From: a bacterium
Lineage (GTDB): Bacteria; Hydrothermota; Tepidihabitantia; Tepidihabitantales; Tepidihabitantaceae
Direction: 5' to 3'
DNA: 26,691 bases
Assembly (NCBI GenBank): GCA_046485285.1
Contig: JAWOHE010000092.1
Span: 1-26,691 of the forward strand
The stretch's first letter is position 1. Every line of letters begins with the position of its first letter. The notes under the pieces are model-generated. The model did no database searches, had not been told where the DNA came from, and saw only the letters and a program-made list of their open reading frames with translations. Below are positions 1 to 8,299 of the stretch, piece by piece. The position numbers and the translations under genes were made by a program.

Positions 1-1400
1 ACCAGCCGGGCCGACTCGCCGGTGTCCTGCCTGCGGACGAAGTAGATGCCCGCCGGCAGTCTCGGGTAGTCATTCCGGCCGGGCGCAATGACGAGCTTCC
101 CGCTTGCGTCGTAGACCTCGAAGGTCCCAGTGGGCGGCCGGAATCCGGCCCCGGACCGGACCGTCGCAGGTTGGCCGCGACCCCGATCCGGAACCGGGTC
201 CGCCTCTGAAACGCCAGGGCTCCGGGTGACCTTCTGCACGTATGCGGTGTCGGACAGGCCGAGCATCCTCCCGGCGAGTACGATGTCGCCCTGCGGGCAC
301 AGGGCGAGTGATAGCCTGGGGCTGTAGACACTGGGGTGCAGCGGCAGATGAAGCCGCATTGTCCGCAGTACCCACGCCACCTCGCCATCGGGTCGGAACT
401 CCCTCAGTTCGGCCAGGAACAGGCTGCCGTGCGGCAGGTAGATCGCTCGCACAAGAAGCACATTGCCGGCGGCATCGGTACGGCAGGACACCGCGCCCCC
501 GTCCCCGGTCCACCCGGACAAGCCGACAACGTTGTTCTCCTCACTGAACCAGCGCCACCGGGCGGTTCCGTCCGGGTCGTGCTTGAAGAGGAAGGTACCG
601 TACCAGTTGCCTTCCGGGCTGGTGTAGGAGTAGATGGTGCCGTCACCGGCCAGCAGGATGTTGTCGGCGGGGTCAGCCGCAATGCTCCACGCGACGAGGC
701 AGGCAGCCGGCGATGAATCCGGGTCCGGGACGTACACCGCCGCGGCGAGGCTCTCACCGTCCGGGGAGTACTTGACGAACAAGGGGAACCACTGCCGATT
801 CCGGCCCTCGATTCCCCGACTGCCGCCGACGAGGACGTTGTCCGAGGGGTCGGCACTGACGGCAACCGCCCGGTCCGGTCCCCATCCCGAAGCGAAGGTG
901 CGCATCCAGTCAGGCGCGCCGCCAGCACCAAGCCGGAAGGTGAACCACATGCTCGAGTAAGTTGCATGGAGGTAGCCGGTGACCAGGACCCGGTTCTCGC
1001 TGTCGGTGGCGATGGCCGTGAGGGAGGGTGGATATGGAGGAGATGACCAGGTTGTCCGCCAGGTCCAGATCGAGTCGCCGGTCGGGCTGAGCTTCGTCAC
1101 CGTCCAGGTCGTGTCTTGATACCCGCCGTGAATGCCGAGCAGGATGTTGTCTTCGCGGTCGGTCGCGACCCGGACTCGAGTATGCAGGTGGAGACAGACC
1201 TGCTTCAACCAGAGCAAGCTGTCGCCATCCGGGCCGTACTTCCTGAGCCAGGGCGGGGCGGCAACAATCACATTGCCCCGAGTGTCCACCGCAACCTTCG
1301 GGCCCGTCGCGGAGGAATCGAGGAACGTTCTGGTCCAGACAATCTGCTGAGCCGTGATGACGCCGGCCAGCAGGGCGAGCAGAAGCAGTGTCTTGCTCAT
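1..1400 (-). CDS. Secreted beta-propeller repeat protein (SBBP/NHL-like) with C-terminal T9SS/FlgD-type sorting domain; 3' end runs off the window
   Basis: Absent from the ORF track because it has no stop in the window. Manual translation from ATG 1400 (ATGA overlap with the upstream TGA) gives MSKTLLLLALLAGVITAQQIVWTRTF (signal peptide), repeated units such as VAVDTRGNVIV, ATDSENRVLVTG, AADPADNILLAG and KYSPDG, and ends FEVYDASGKLV...LPAGIYFVRRQDTGESARLV. Confidence 0.85.
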   Translation of the reverse strand, partial: MSKTLLLLALLAGVITAQQIVWTRTFLDSSATGPKVAVDTRGNVIVAAPPWLRKYGPDGDSLLWLKQVCLHLHTRVRVATDREDNILLGIHGGYQDTTWTVTKLSPTGDSIWTWRTTWSSPPYPPSLTAIATDSENRVLVTGYLHATYSSMWFTFRLGAGGAPDWMRTFASGWGPDRAVAVSADPSDNVLVGGSRGIEGRNRQWFPLFVKYSPDGESLAAAVYVPDPDSSPAACLVAWSIAADPADNILLAGDGTIYSYTSPEGNWYGTFLFKHDPDGTARWRWFSEENNVVGLSGWTGDGGAVSCRTDAAGNVLLVRAIYLPHGSLFLAELREFRPDGEVAWVLRTMRLHLPLHPSVYSPRLSLALCPQGDIVLAGRMLGLSDTAYVQKVTRSPGVSEADPVPDRGRGQPATVRSGAGFRPPTGTFEVYDASGKLVIAPGRNDYPRLPAGIYFVRRQDTGESARL

Positions 1401-3778
1401 CGGACAAGCAGGACCTTCTTCACTTCGGTCCTCTCCCTGCCGATGGCCTTGATGAAGTAGACGCCCTCGGGCAACAGCCGTCCCTGCTGGTCAGTCCCCT
1501 GCCACAGCAGCTCCCCACGCTCCGCACGGAGCTGGTCCACGACTCGGCCGGCGCCATCACAGAGTCGAAGGGCCAAGGCGTAGCTCGGGACTACTATCCT
1601 GAACGTCTGGCCGGAAGCCAATGGTGAGACAGCGAGATTGGCGTATGGGTCAGCGGCCGCCGGGCCAGCCTGGTTCCCCTGGTCGGGTTGCTCGGGAGGT
1701 GGTTCCCAGGTTATGTGGGCAGCTCCTTCATGGGCGGCATGGTCGTGTTTCGTTGCTGTCACGAACATCGGCCCGGGTGTCAGGTTGAGCGGGATGGGGA
1801 ATCTCGCGTAGCCGCCCACGTCAGACAGTCTGTAGGCGTGGTAGTTGTCGTTTGGCTTCCAGAGGCAGACCACTACGTTCTGGGCGGGGTCGGGGTTGGG
1901 GGGATTGCTCCCGGGCCAGGTACGAACAAAGACGCTATACAGGTCTCCCGGGCGTGCGATGCCCGGGTGCTGCACGACGAGCTCCCGCTGGAGGCCCATT
2001 CGCACCTGCATGCTGGGGTCGCCGAAGATGTGCCAGGTGTTGAAGTTGTATTGCCCCCGGCCCGGGTAGGGGTAGTTCCTGATCATCGTAGCCCCGCCGA
2101 TGTACAGGGCCGGGGCCAGCATGTTCGGGAAGTCGTCGCCCACCAACAGGTCGTGCGAGAGGGCTCGGATGGCAACTCGGTCGGCGAGGATCGGCTCATC
2201 CCAATCCTGGAAGTCCGACCCGCCATAGAAGGCCACCGCGCCCGCCTGTTCCCTTCTCAGCCACGCTTCCGCAAAGCAGCAGTCGTTGAACTTGAAACTC
2301 CCGACCTTGCAGGCGACCGAGATGACTACGGGGTACATGTTCCCGTTGTCGAGGTTGTTCACGTCGTCAATGTGGAACACCGGATTCACGTTCGGACTGC
2401 AGAAGGACCAGCGGTCCCAATTCCCGTGACCGAGGAAGTTCACGAAGGCCCGGCCGTCGTCCAGCTCGGCCGAGACATTGGCCGGGACTGCCGCATGGTC
2501 GTACAGCTTGTCGACCAGCCAGTACTTCCGCTCGAGGTCCACTTTCATCAAGTTCTTGAAAACCGAGTCAGGGGTGGCATGGGGCCCCGGCTTCTCGCGG
2601 CTTGCCATGACAAGGGCCTTGCGCGTCCACGGCCAGGATGGCGGCTGCTGGTCCGGTAGCCGCTCATACCAGAGGAGTTTGTCAACCTGGCTCGTGATCG
2701 ACTGGCTTGTGCTTCCCGAGATACGGCCGATGAAGGCTGCCGGATAGGGAGGCGTGAATACAACATACCTGGGGTCGGATGCCGGGGGGTCCCATTGGGC
2801 GGGGACAGCGAGCGAGGGGACCTGCTCGTGGTCACCAACAAGCAGGAAGAACGTGACCGGACGACTCCCGTACCGCTGGTTATGGATGGTGTCCCTTATC
2901 GCCAGAGTGTCCGGGTTCTGGGGGTTGGTGATTTCCGAGAGCTTCATTACCCGGGTGACGATGCCCTTCTTCATCTTCCAGTCCCGGAGCGGAAGCACGT
3001 CGTCGTAGAACTGGTCGGCGGTGACTATCGTCATTCTCGGATTGCGAATGGCCCCGTAGTAAGTCGGCGAGAAGTTGTGGAAGAACCCCGAGTAGACTCC
3101 GAGGAATCCCGCGGCAAGGCTGTCGCGGTATACGAACTGAGGATTCGCATAGCTGACGGTCACCTCGAACTGCCTTGCCGCGACCAGCTTGCCGAGCGTC
3201 GGGTTGTGCCGAAACACGTTGAGCTGAACGGTCATTCCCCGGAAGTCGCCGAACGTGAACGGTTCCTGCGCGTCAAGCGGGCCGTCCGGGAACCACAGCC
3301 CGTTCGAGTAGATGCTGTCAAACACGTAGGGGATGGTGGCGGGGTCGACGCTCCTCGACAGACTGCCCTTGGACGGGACTATCGGCAGGACATCGAGTTC
3401 AACGGTATCGAGGTTGGCTATCGTGCAGTAGACGTCGCCCTCATCAGGCACAATTGTGCTGACATCCAGCTTGGGCAGGTCCGGGAAACTCCTCTGCGTC
3501 AGATGGGATGCGTCGGGTACCGTGACTCGGCTGTAGCTGCCTTCGGGCAACGTCAGCGTGTCGAGCCAGAACCCGTAGACCGTGACGAGGTAACGGGTGC
3601 TCTGGGCATCGTTGTCGAGCAACGCTATGTCAGGCGGCGTACCTGGCTGTACGAGTCCGGCGCTGAGGTCAACCCAGCCCGCGACTCCGACTGCCGTGAG
3701 CCCGGGCAGGGCCGCGAGGGTCAGCATCAGCAGAGCGACACGGGGTGAGGTGCTGGTGTGTGGGTTGTACTGGTGCAT
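1397..3778 (-). CDS. Gingipain-like C25 family cysteine peptidase (propeptide + catalytic domain + Ig-like domain + C-terminal sorting domain)
   Basis: AAGGAGG RBS before ATG 3778; signal peptide; propeptide motifs (FPDLP, PSKGSLSRS, FGDFRG); C25 motifs DWKMKKG, FFLLVGDHEQVP, FIGRISG, catalytic His in NFLGHG, catalytic Cys in ISVACKVG, FAEAWLR, WHIFGDPS; C-terminal WQGTDQQGRLLPEGVYFI...KKVLLVR. Confidence 0.92.
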   Translation of the reverse strand: MHQYNPHTSTSPRVALLMLTLAALPGLTAVGVAGWVDLSAGLVQPGTPPDIALLDNDAQSTRYLVTVYGFWLDTLTLPEGSYSRVTVPDASHLTQRSFPDLPKLDVSTIVPDEGDVYCTIANLDTVELDVLPIVPSKGSLSRSVDPATIPYVFDSIYSNGLWFPDGPLDAQEPFTFGDFRGMTVQLNVFRHNPTLGKLVAARQFEVTVSYANPQFVYRDSLAAGFLGVYSGFFHNFSPTYYGAIRNPRMTIVTADQFYDDVLPLRDWKMKKGIVTRVMKLSEITNPQNPDTLAIRDTIHNQRYGSRPVTFFLLVGDHEQVPSLAVPAQWDPPASDPRYVVFTPPYPAAFIGRISGSTSQSITSQVDKLLWYERLPDQQPPSWPWTRKALVMASREKPGPHATPDSVFKNLMKVDLERKYWLVDKLYDHAAVPANVSAELDDGRAFVNFLGHGNWDRWSFCSPNVNPVFHIDDVNNLDNGNMYPVVISVACKVGSFKFNDCCFAEAWLRREQAGAVAFYGGSDFQDWDEPILADRVAIRALSHDLLVGDDFPNMLAPALYIGGATMIRNYPYPGRGQYNFNTWHIFGDPSMQVRMGLQRELVVQHPGIARPGDLYSVFVRTWPGSNPPNPDPAQNVVVCLWKPNDNYHAYRLSDVGGYARFPIPLNLTPGPMFVTATKHDHAAHEGAAHITWEPPPEQPDQGNQAGPAAADPYANLAVSPLASGQTFRIVVPSYALALRLCDGAGRVVDQLRAERGELLWQGTDQQGRLLPEGVYFIKAIGRERTEVKKVLLVR

Positions 3779-4067
3779 ATCTTCCTCCTTGCGGGCGTTT
3801 CTGCACCAACTCATGGCAGACCGGGCACCTCGGCCTGCCGCTTCTCTTACTGCCCGGCGGTGCCTGCCGGCACACCCCGGCACTCCATCCCATCTGCTCG
3901 GCACCAGCATAGTCCATTGCGCCGGTCTGTCAAGCTGAAATCGCCCGCGCGGCGGGGTCTGGGCCCAGCGGCCTGCGGCGAGGAGGACGGTGCCGGGGAG
4001 AAAGGGCTCCAGCACCCGGCTCGCAGCACCGCGCGCCGCGCCGGGAGAATCCACCCCCACCCGCACT

Positions 4068-4290
4068 CCCCCAACCGCTACCCCTACCGTTCCCCCAGCC
4101 GTATGCCCTACCGTTCCCCCTACCGTTCCCCCAACCGTATGCCCTACGGCTACCCCTACCGCTGCCCCTACCGTAGGGCTAACGGTTACCCCAACGGTAG
4201 GGCTAACCGTCCCCCAACCGTACCCCCTACGGTTCCCCCTACGGTACCCCCTACGGTAGGGGGTACGGTAGGGGGTATGGGGGAGGGGGT
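4068..4290. repeat. Degenerate 12-bp tandem repeat array (about 18 units, consensus near CCCCCTACCGTW) ending in a 20-bp quasi-palindrome
   Basis: Units such as ccccctaccgtt, cccccaaccgta, tgccctaccgtt, ccccctacggta; the last units flip to the reverse-complement form gggggtacggta; arms 4235-4254 and 4256-4275 pair with one mismatch. Confidence 0.9.
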
Positions 4291-4389
4291 AAATTCAGAG
4301 GTGAATGAAGTGCTGATTTTCCAATCGATTGCGACGATTTTCTGATTGAGCTAGCCGTTAGTTTCTACTTACATAGGCTACGGGTAGTG

Positions 4390-4625
4390 ATGCGAAGGTG
4401 GCTGGTTTCAGACCGGCAGAGACGGTTGCGCCGGGTGCGGCGTTACGCGGGTTGCGGCCTCGGGCCGGACTGAGCCTGGTCGAGCTGGCGCACCTGATGG
4501 GCCGGAAGCCGGGCTTCTGCTCGCACCTCAGCCGGCTGCAGCACGGCCGGTAGCGGCATCCTTCGCTCGGGCTGATTGCCGACTACCTGCGGGCCTGCCC
4601 GCGCGTTGCGCGCAGGCGGGCCTGA
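4390..4625 (+). pseudogene. Degraded XRE/Cro-C1 family helix-turn-helix regulator
   Basis: ATG 4390 gives MRRWLVSDRQRRLR, then a frameshift into GAALRGLRPRAGLSLVELAHLMGRKPGFCSHLSRLQHGR*(TAG 4551-4553)RHPSLGLIADYLRAC. This fits the HTH_3 pattern LR..R...GLS..ELA..MG....S.LSRLE.G...PSL..I. Confidence 0.75.
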
Positions 4626-4673
4626 GGGGTGTCGTTCGAGATGCGGGAGGGTGTGGGCTCCGTGCGACTCGGA

Positions 4674-4791
4674 TGTAGGAGCGGTTTCCAAACCGCGATG
4701 TCCGAGGGCGAAACGAATCGCGACAGAGCTTGCCCCTTCGAGTGCCTCAGGGCAAGCTCTGAGCGGAGTCGAAGGGGATGTCGCTCCCACA
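4674..4791. repeat. Inverted pair of GTAG/GTGG-type REP palindromes, the second interrupted by nested hairpin repeats
   Basis: TGTAGGAGCGGTTTCCAAACCGCGA (4674-4698) and an inverted copy TCGCGAC...GGGATGTCGCTCCCACA (4718-4791) split by an insert with a perfect 12-bp stem CAGAGCTTGCCC/GGGCAAGCTCTG (4724-4735/4750-4761) and CTGAGCGGAGTCGAAGG. Confidence 0.7.
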
Positions 4792-4972
4792 GAGGACCAG
4801 GGCGCGGAAAGGACTCCCTCACTCCGGGCGGGCCACCGGACGGTATCGGGCCGTTACCAGCCGTCATTCGGCTTCGCGGCCTGCGCGAGTGCCCGCCAGA
4901 GGCGGCGGAGCCGCCGATTGAAGGAATCCCTTGGCCCGGGGTCGGCGCGGGCGGAGGCGGGGAAATCCTGAT

Positions 4973-5001
4973 TTGACAGGGCCGAAGCGAGGGCGGAGAA
5001 T
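4973..5001 (+). promoter_or_regulatory. sigma70-type promoter, probably giving a leaderless transcript
   Basis: TTGACA-N17-GAGAAT, 6 nt before GTG 5008; no SD sequence. Confidence 0.55.
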
Positions 5002-5007
5002 CTTTCC

Positions 5008-6141
5008 GTGCGAAACCACAACCTCCTGCTGGTGACGTGCGGGCTCGCCGCCTTGCTTCTGCTGACGGTGTCGGTTTCGGGCTGCGGGCCGGGCCAGGTG
5101 GCTTGGAGCCGGGTCATCGACCTCGGCGGGGACGATGTCGCGGCCGGGCTTGCCGGCAACGGTACGCACCTCGCCGCGCTCGCGACCGTCGGCACGGACT
5201 CAGGCCCGGCCTGGCTGGTGCTGAAGTTCGAGCCGGACGGCCGGGAGCTCTGGCGGCGGCAGTACCGCCAGGGCGAGGCGAGCATCGCCGGCGACGTCGC
5301 GATTGACGCGAGGGGCATCATCTACGCGACCGGCTCGGGCCGCGTCGAGGGCCGGGAGATGTGCCTCGCGGTCTGCTACCGGCCGGACGGCGCGATCCTG
5401 TGGCAGAGGGCGCTGGCGGTCGGCGACGCCTGTTGGGGCCGGGGCATCGCACTCGGGGCGGACCGGGTGTACGTCTGCGGCCGGGTCCGGGACGGCGAGC
5501 GCGATGAGGTGTTCGTCGCCGCGCTGACGCTTGACGGGCGGACCGAGTTCACCCGCAACTGGCGGCCGGGCCGGGACGCGGGCGGGGAGCGGCTGGCGCT
5601 CGCGCCGGACAGCGGCCTCGTGCTGGTCGGGACGGTCGGCGGCGCGGAGAACCCGGATATCCTGGTCGCGAAGCTCACCCCGCAGGGCGACACGGTGTGG
5701 ACCCGGACCTACGACGGCGGCGGCGAGGACGTCCCGGGCGGCGTCGCGGCGGACCAGTACGGCCACGTGCTGGCGACTGGGACCGCGCTGACCCCGGAGG
5801 GGCCGCGCTGCGTGATAATCGAGCACCAGCCGGATGGCGAGCTGATCCGGCGCACGGCCTACGGCGGCCGGGTGACGGCCGAGGGCCGGGCAATCGCGGT
5901 GACGGAGCAGGGCGACGTGTTCGTGGCCGGGACGCTGACCGGCGCCGGGCGTTCGATGCTCTCGTTCCAGTACCGGCCCGGTGCGACCTCGACCTGGGAG
6001 CGGAACTGGCGGCCGGGCAGCGACGCCGACGCCGCGGCCCTCGTCGTCGACGGCGACGTCTATGCGCTGGGGACGGTCGAGCAGGGCCGGGGCGGCCGCG
6101 ACGTCGCGCTGGTGCGGTTCGTCCGGCCGGACGCGGAGTAA
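5008..6141 (+). CDS. Beta-propeller repeat lipoprotein (SBBP-like)
   Basis: Hydrophobic leader ending VSGC (lipobox-like); repeats such as AGDVAIDARGIIYATG, LVAKLTPQGDTVWTRTYDG, GRAIAVTEQGDVFVAG; GC3-rich codon usage. Confidence 0.85.
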   Translation: MRNHNLLLVTCGLAALLLLTVSVSGCGPGQVAWSRVIDLGGDDVAAGLAGNGTHLAALATVGTDSGPAWLVLKFEPDGRELWRRQYRQGEASIAGDVAIDARGIIYATGSGRVEGREMCLAVCYRPDGAILWQRALAVGDACWGRGIALGADRVYVCGRVRDGERDEVFVAALTLDGRTEFTRNWRPGRDAGGERLALAPDSGLVLVGTVGGAENPDILVAKLTPQGDTVWTRTYDGGGEDVPGGVAADQYGHVLATGTALTPEGPRCVIIEHQPDGELIRRTAYGGRVTAEGRAIAVTEQGDVFVAGTLTGAGRSMLSFQYRPGATSTWERNWRPGSDADAAALVVDGDVYALGTVEQGRGGRDVALVRFVRPDAE

Positions 6142-6180
6142 GGGACAGGCGATGAAGACGGAAGAAAGGAGCCGCGGCTG

Positions 6181-6717
6181 ATGCTGTGGGACTTCCAGAA
6201 GCACGTCCCGCGGCTCGGGCGCGGGGTGTTCGTCGCGCCGAACGCGACCATCATCGGCCGGGTGTCGCTCGGTGACCGGGCCAGCGTCTGGTTCGGGTCG
6301 ATCCTGCGTGGCGACGTCGACAGCATCACGGTCGGGCCGGAGACGAATATCCAGGACCTGACCGTGGTCCACGCCGACGCGGACACGCCGACGGTCATCG
6401 GCGGCCGGGTGACGGTCGGGCACCGGGCGATTCTGCACGGCTGCCGGGTCGAGGACGAGTGCGTGATCGGGATGGGCGCGATCGTCCAGAACCGGGCCCG
6501 TGTCGGCAGTCACTCGATAGTCGCCTCGGGCTCGGTGGTGCGGGAGGGGTTCGACGTGCCGGCCGGGACGCTGGTCGCGGGTGTACCGGCGGTCATCAAG
6601 CGCGAGCTCACCGGCGCGGAGATCGACTACATCAACGAGCTGGCCGAGATCTACCTTGGCCGGGCCGAGCTGTACCTCGTCGAGATGGCGCGGGCCCGAC
6701 CCGCGGAACGGCCGTAG
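6181..6717 (+). CDS. Gamma carbonic anhydrase family (YrdA/CaiE-like) hexapeptide-repeat protein
   Basis: Motifs SVWFGSILRGDV, TNIQD, VVHAD, TVGHRAILHGC (three metal-binding His), IGMGA, GVPA. Confidence 0.93.
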   Translation: MLWDFQKHVPRLGRGVFVAPNATIIGRVSLGDRASVWFGSILRGDVDSITVGPETNIQDLTVVHADADTPTVIGGRVTVGHRAILHGCRVEDECVIGMGAIVQNRARVGSHSIVASGSVVREGFDVPAGTLVAGVPAVIKRELTGAEIDYINELAEIYLGRAELYLVEMARARPAERP

Positions 6718-6726
6718 CGGGCCGCG

Positions 6727-6927
6727 TCAGTCACCGAAGCGACCGACCGACGGCGGGCGGTCGAGTTGGTCGGTCCGTCGGGTGTGGAAGGGCCGGTGAT
6801 TCCGGGGCATTTCCTCCGAGGGCTCGGTGCATTCGCCGGCGCCGTTTTCCATCATCGGCTCCCGCTCGTCGGGCAGTATCCTGCCGAACTCGAGCCAGTC
6901 GGTCACGCAGCAATCACGCTCTTTCAT
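6727..6927 (-). CDS. Possible small hypothetical protein (66 aa)
   Basis: ATG 6927 overlaps the end of the 6914-7138 ORF; MKERDCCVTDWLEFGRILPDE...; no recognisable motif and weak RBS. Confidence 0.25.
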   Translation of the reverse strand: MKERDCCVTDWLEFGRILPDEREPMMENGAGECTEPSEEMPRNHRPFHTRRTDQLDRPPSVGRFGD

Positions 6928-7138
6928 CGTTGGCCTGGGCGCACCCGGGCGCCGTTTCGTTCTTCTCGCCGGACCGTTTCTCGCCCGGGCGGTGCTCTTC
7001 CGCGCCGCTGACCGGGCCGCAGATAGTCCAGGCACGACCTTGGAGCACGGCCGTCCGCTCGCAGGCGGGAAGCACCGAGGATAAGAGCATCCGGGCATCC
7101 CGCACTTCGTCACACAACTCATCTGAGACTACGAACAT
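6914..7138 (-). CDS. Small hypothetical protein (74 aa)
   Basis: Strong RBS GGGGAGGTG just before ATG 7138 and a sigma54-type promoter about 50 nt upstream; MFVVSDELCDEVRDARMLLSSVLPAC...; no family recognised. Confidence 0.45.
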   Translation of the reverse strand: MFVVSDELCDEVRDARMLLSSVLPACERTAVLQGRAWTICGPVSGAEEHRPGEKRSGEKNETAPGCAQANDERA

Positions 7139-7185
7139 CCAGCACCTCCCCAGCTCACATAGGACTCGAAGCCTCGAACTTGAAT

Positions 7186-7202
7186 ATGCACATTGCGTGC
7201 CG
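7186..7202 (-). promoter_or_regulatory. sigma54 (RpoN) -24/-12 promoter
   Basis: Minus strand CGGCACGCAATGTGCAT = GG-N10-GC with GGCAC and TGCA, upstream of the RBS and ATG at 7138. Confidence 0.6.
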
Positions 7203-7490
7203 CGATGTCGCACCAGCCCTGGAAGCTAAGTGGCTCACTTGAAGGCACTTCAGTAGAATGGCGAGGCCGCGACTGGAGCGAACGTGCCCTTGCCGCCGAT
7301 AATTGCCGTGCCGCTGTCGCAGATTTCGGCAGTCGCAGTGCAGGGTCGGGCGAGGCTCACGAGCTTCCTTCCGGCGCGGGCGGACGTCTGACAGGGAGGG
7401 AGGATGATGCGCTGACGCGCCCGTGGGGGCCGCACCGCGAGTGGCTGGGCCGACTTCCGCCTCCTGTCTTCAGCGATGCGGCCGACGTCA

Positions 7491-7518
7491 TTGACGACCC
7501 GGTGAACCGGGCTATCAT
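7491..7518 (+). promoter_or_regulatory. sigma70-type promoter for the DOMON/PPIase operon
   Basis: TTGACG-N16-TATCAT about 70 nt upstream of ATG 7587. Confidence 0.5.
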
Positions 7519-7586
7519 CTACTGTCTTGTCCGTTGTCTGCCCGCGACCCTACCCGGTACGGGCCCGAACTGAAAGGAGAAACGCG

Positions 7587-8282
7587 ATGATGAGACTGCT
7601 GGTATCCGTTGCCCTGCTGGCCGGCGCGCTCGCGGCCGCTGATGACATGCCGGTGATGTCCTACGACCCGGAGCTGGACGACCGCGCGTCGAGCGACGGC
7701 TGGGTCGAGCGGGAGGAAGGTGAGTTTGAGTACCCGGCCCAGTTCGTCAATGCCGCGACCGGGATGACGGTATCATGGGGCTACGACGACTCGCTGATGT
7801 ATGTCGGGGTCGAAACCCGGGGCCGGGGTTGGTTCGGCATCGGGTTCGGCTCGGCGACGATGGACGGCGCGAACATGGTCGTCGGCTTCGATACAGACGA
7901 CACGACCGACGCGTTCTGCCTGGTCGGCAAGGGCCACGCGCACCCGGTCGCGGGGAGCGCCGACCTGCTGCTGCCGGACTGGGACATTGACTTCGACGAT
8001 GAGACCGGCATCACCACGATGGAGTTCGCCTACCCGCTGACCTGGCGGGGCGAAGGCGCGCCGGCGCAGTTCGCGGGCAACGAGGTCCTCAAAGGCGCGG
8101 CCGTGTCCGGGCTCGTGCCCGGGGAGACCTACGACCTGATTCTCGCCCAGAACACCAAGACGTTCTCGCTCGACGCGAAACACACCCACTTCGCGTCGCT
8201 CAAGTTCCGGATGGGCGACAAGCCGGAGCCCGAGCCGGAGCCCGACCCGGCGCCGGCCCCCGCGCCCGGGACCGGGAAGTAG
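7587..8282 (+). CDS. Secreted DOMON domain protein
   Basis: AAGGAG RBS; signal peptide MMRLLVSVALLAGALAAA; DOMON signature MTVSW...GWFGIGFG...MDGANMVVG; C-terminal KHTH; Pro/Glu-rich tail. Confidence 0.8.
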   Translation: MMRLLVSVALLAGALAAADDMPVMSYDPELDDRASSDGWVEREEGEFEYPAQFVNAATGMTVSWGYDDSLMYVGVETRGRGWFGIGFGSATMDGANMVVGFDTDDTTDAFCLVGKGHAHPVAGSADLLLPDWDIDFDDETGITTMEFAYPLTWRGEGAPAQFAGNEVLKGAAVSGLVPGETYDLILAQNTKTFSLDAKHTHFASLKFRMGDKPEPEPEPDPAPAPAPGTGK

Positions 8283-8299
8283 CAGGCCTGCCCGGCATC

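Noticed and set aside
3779-4066. 96-aa N-terminal extension of the C25 peptidase in the ORF track
   Set aside because: The strong AAGGAGG RBS and the signal peptide place the start at 3778. Similar over-extended track starts were trimmed for tkt, hisC, the aminotransferase, FGE, FG-GAP and the second PPIase.
4068-4290. CRISPR array, or a real PTVP-repeat protein (track ORFs 3758-4345 and 3990-4259)
   Set aside because: Units are 12 bp and contiguous with no unique spacers and no cas genes. The ORFs lack an RBS, and the register shifts by one base near 4210.
4551-4553. TAG read-through (pyrrolysine) in the HTH gene
   Set aside because: The gene also has a frameshift and a truncated C-terminus, which fits ordinary decay; no pyl context.
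6152-6181. 9-codon uORF MKTEERSRG overlapping the gamma-CA start (TGATG)
   Set aside because: The gamma-CA gene has its own AAGGAG RBS, and there are no regulatory codon runs or attenuator structure; likely chance.
6741-6781. Imperfect inverted repeats (GACCGACC/GGTCGGTC, CCGACGG/CCGTCGG) as a terminator
   Set aside because: Long loop, competing pairings and no U-tract; also lies within a possible small ORF.
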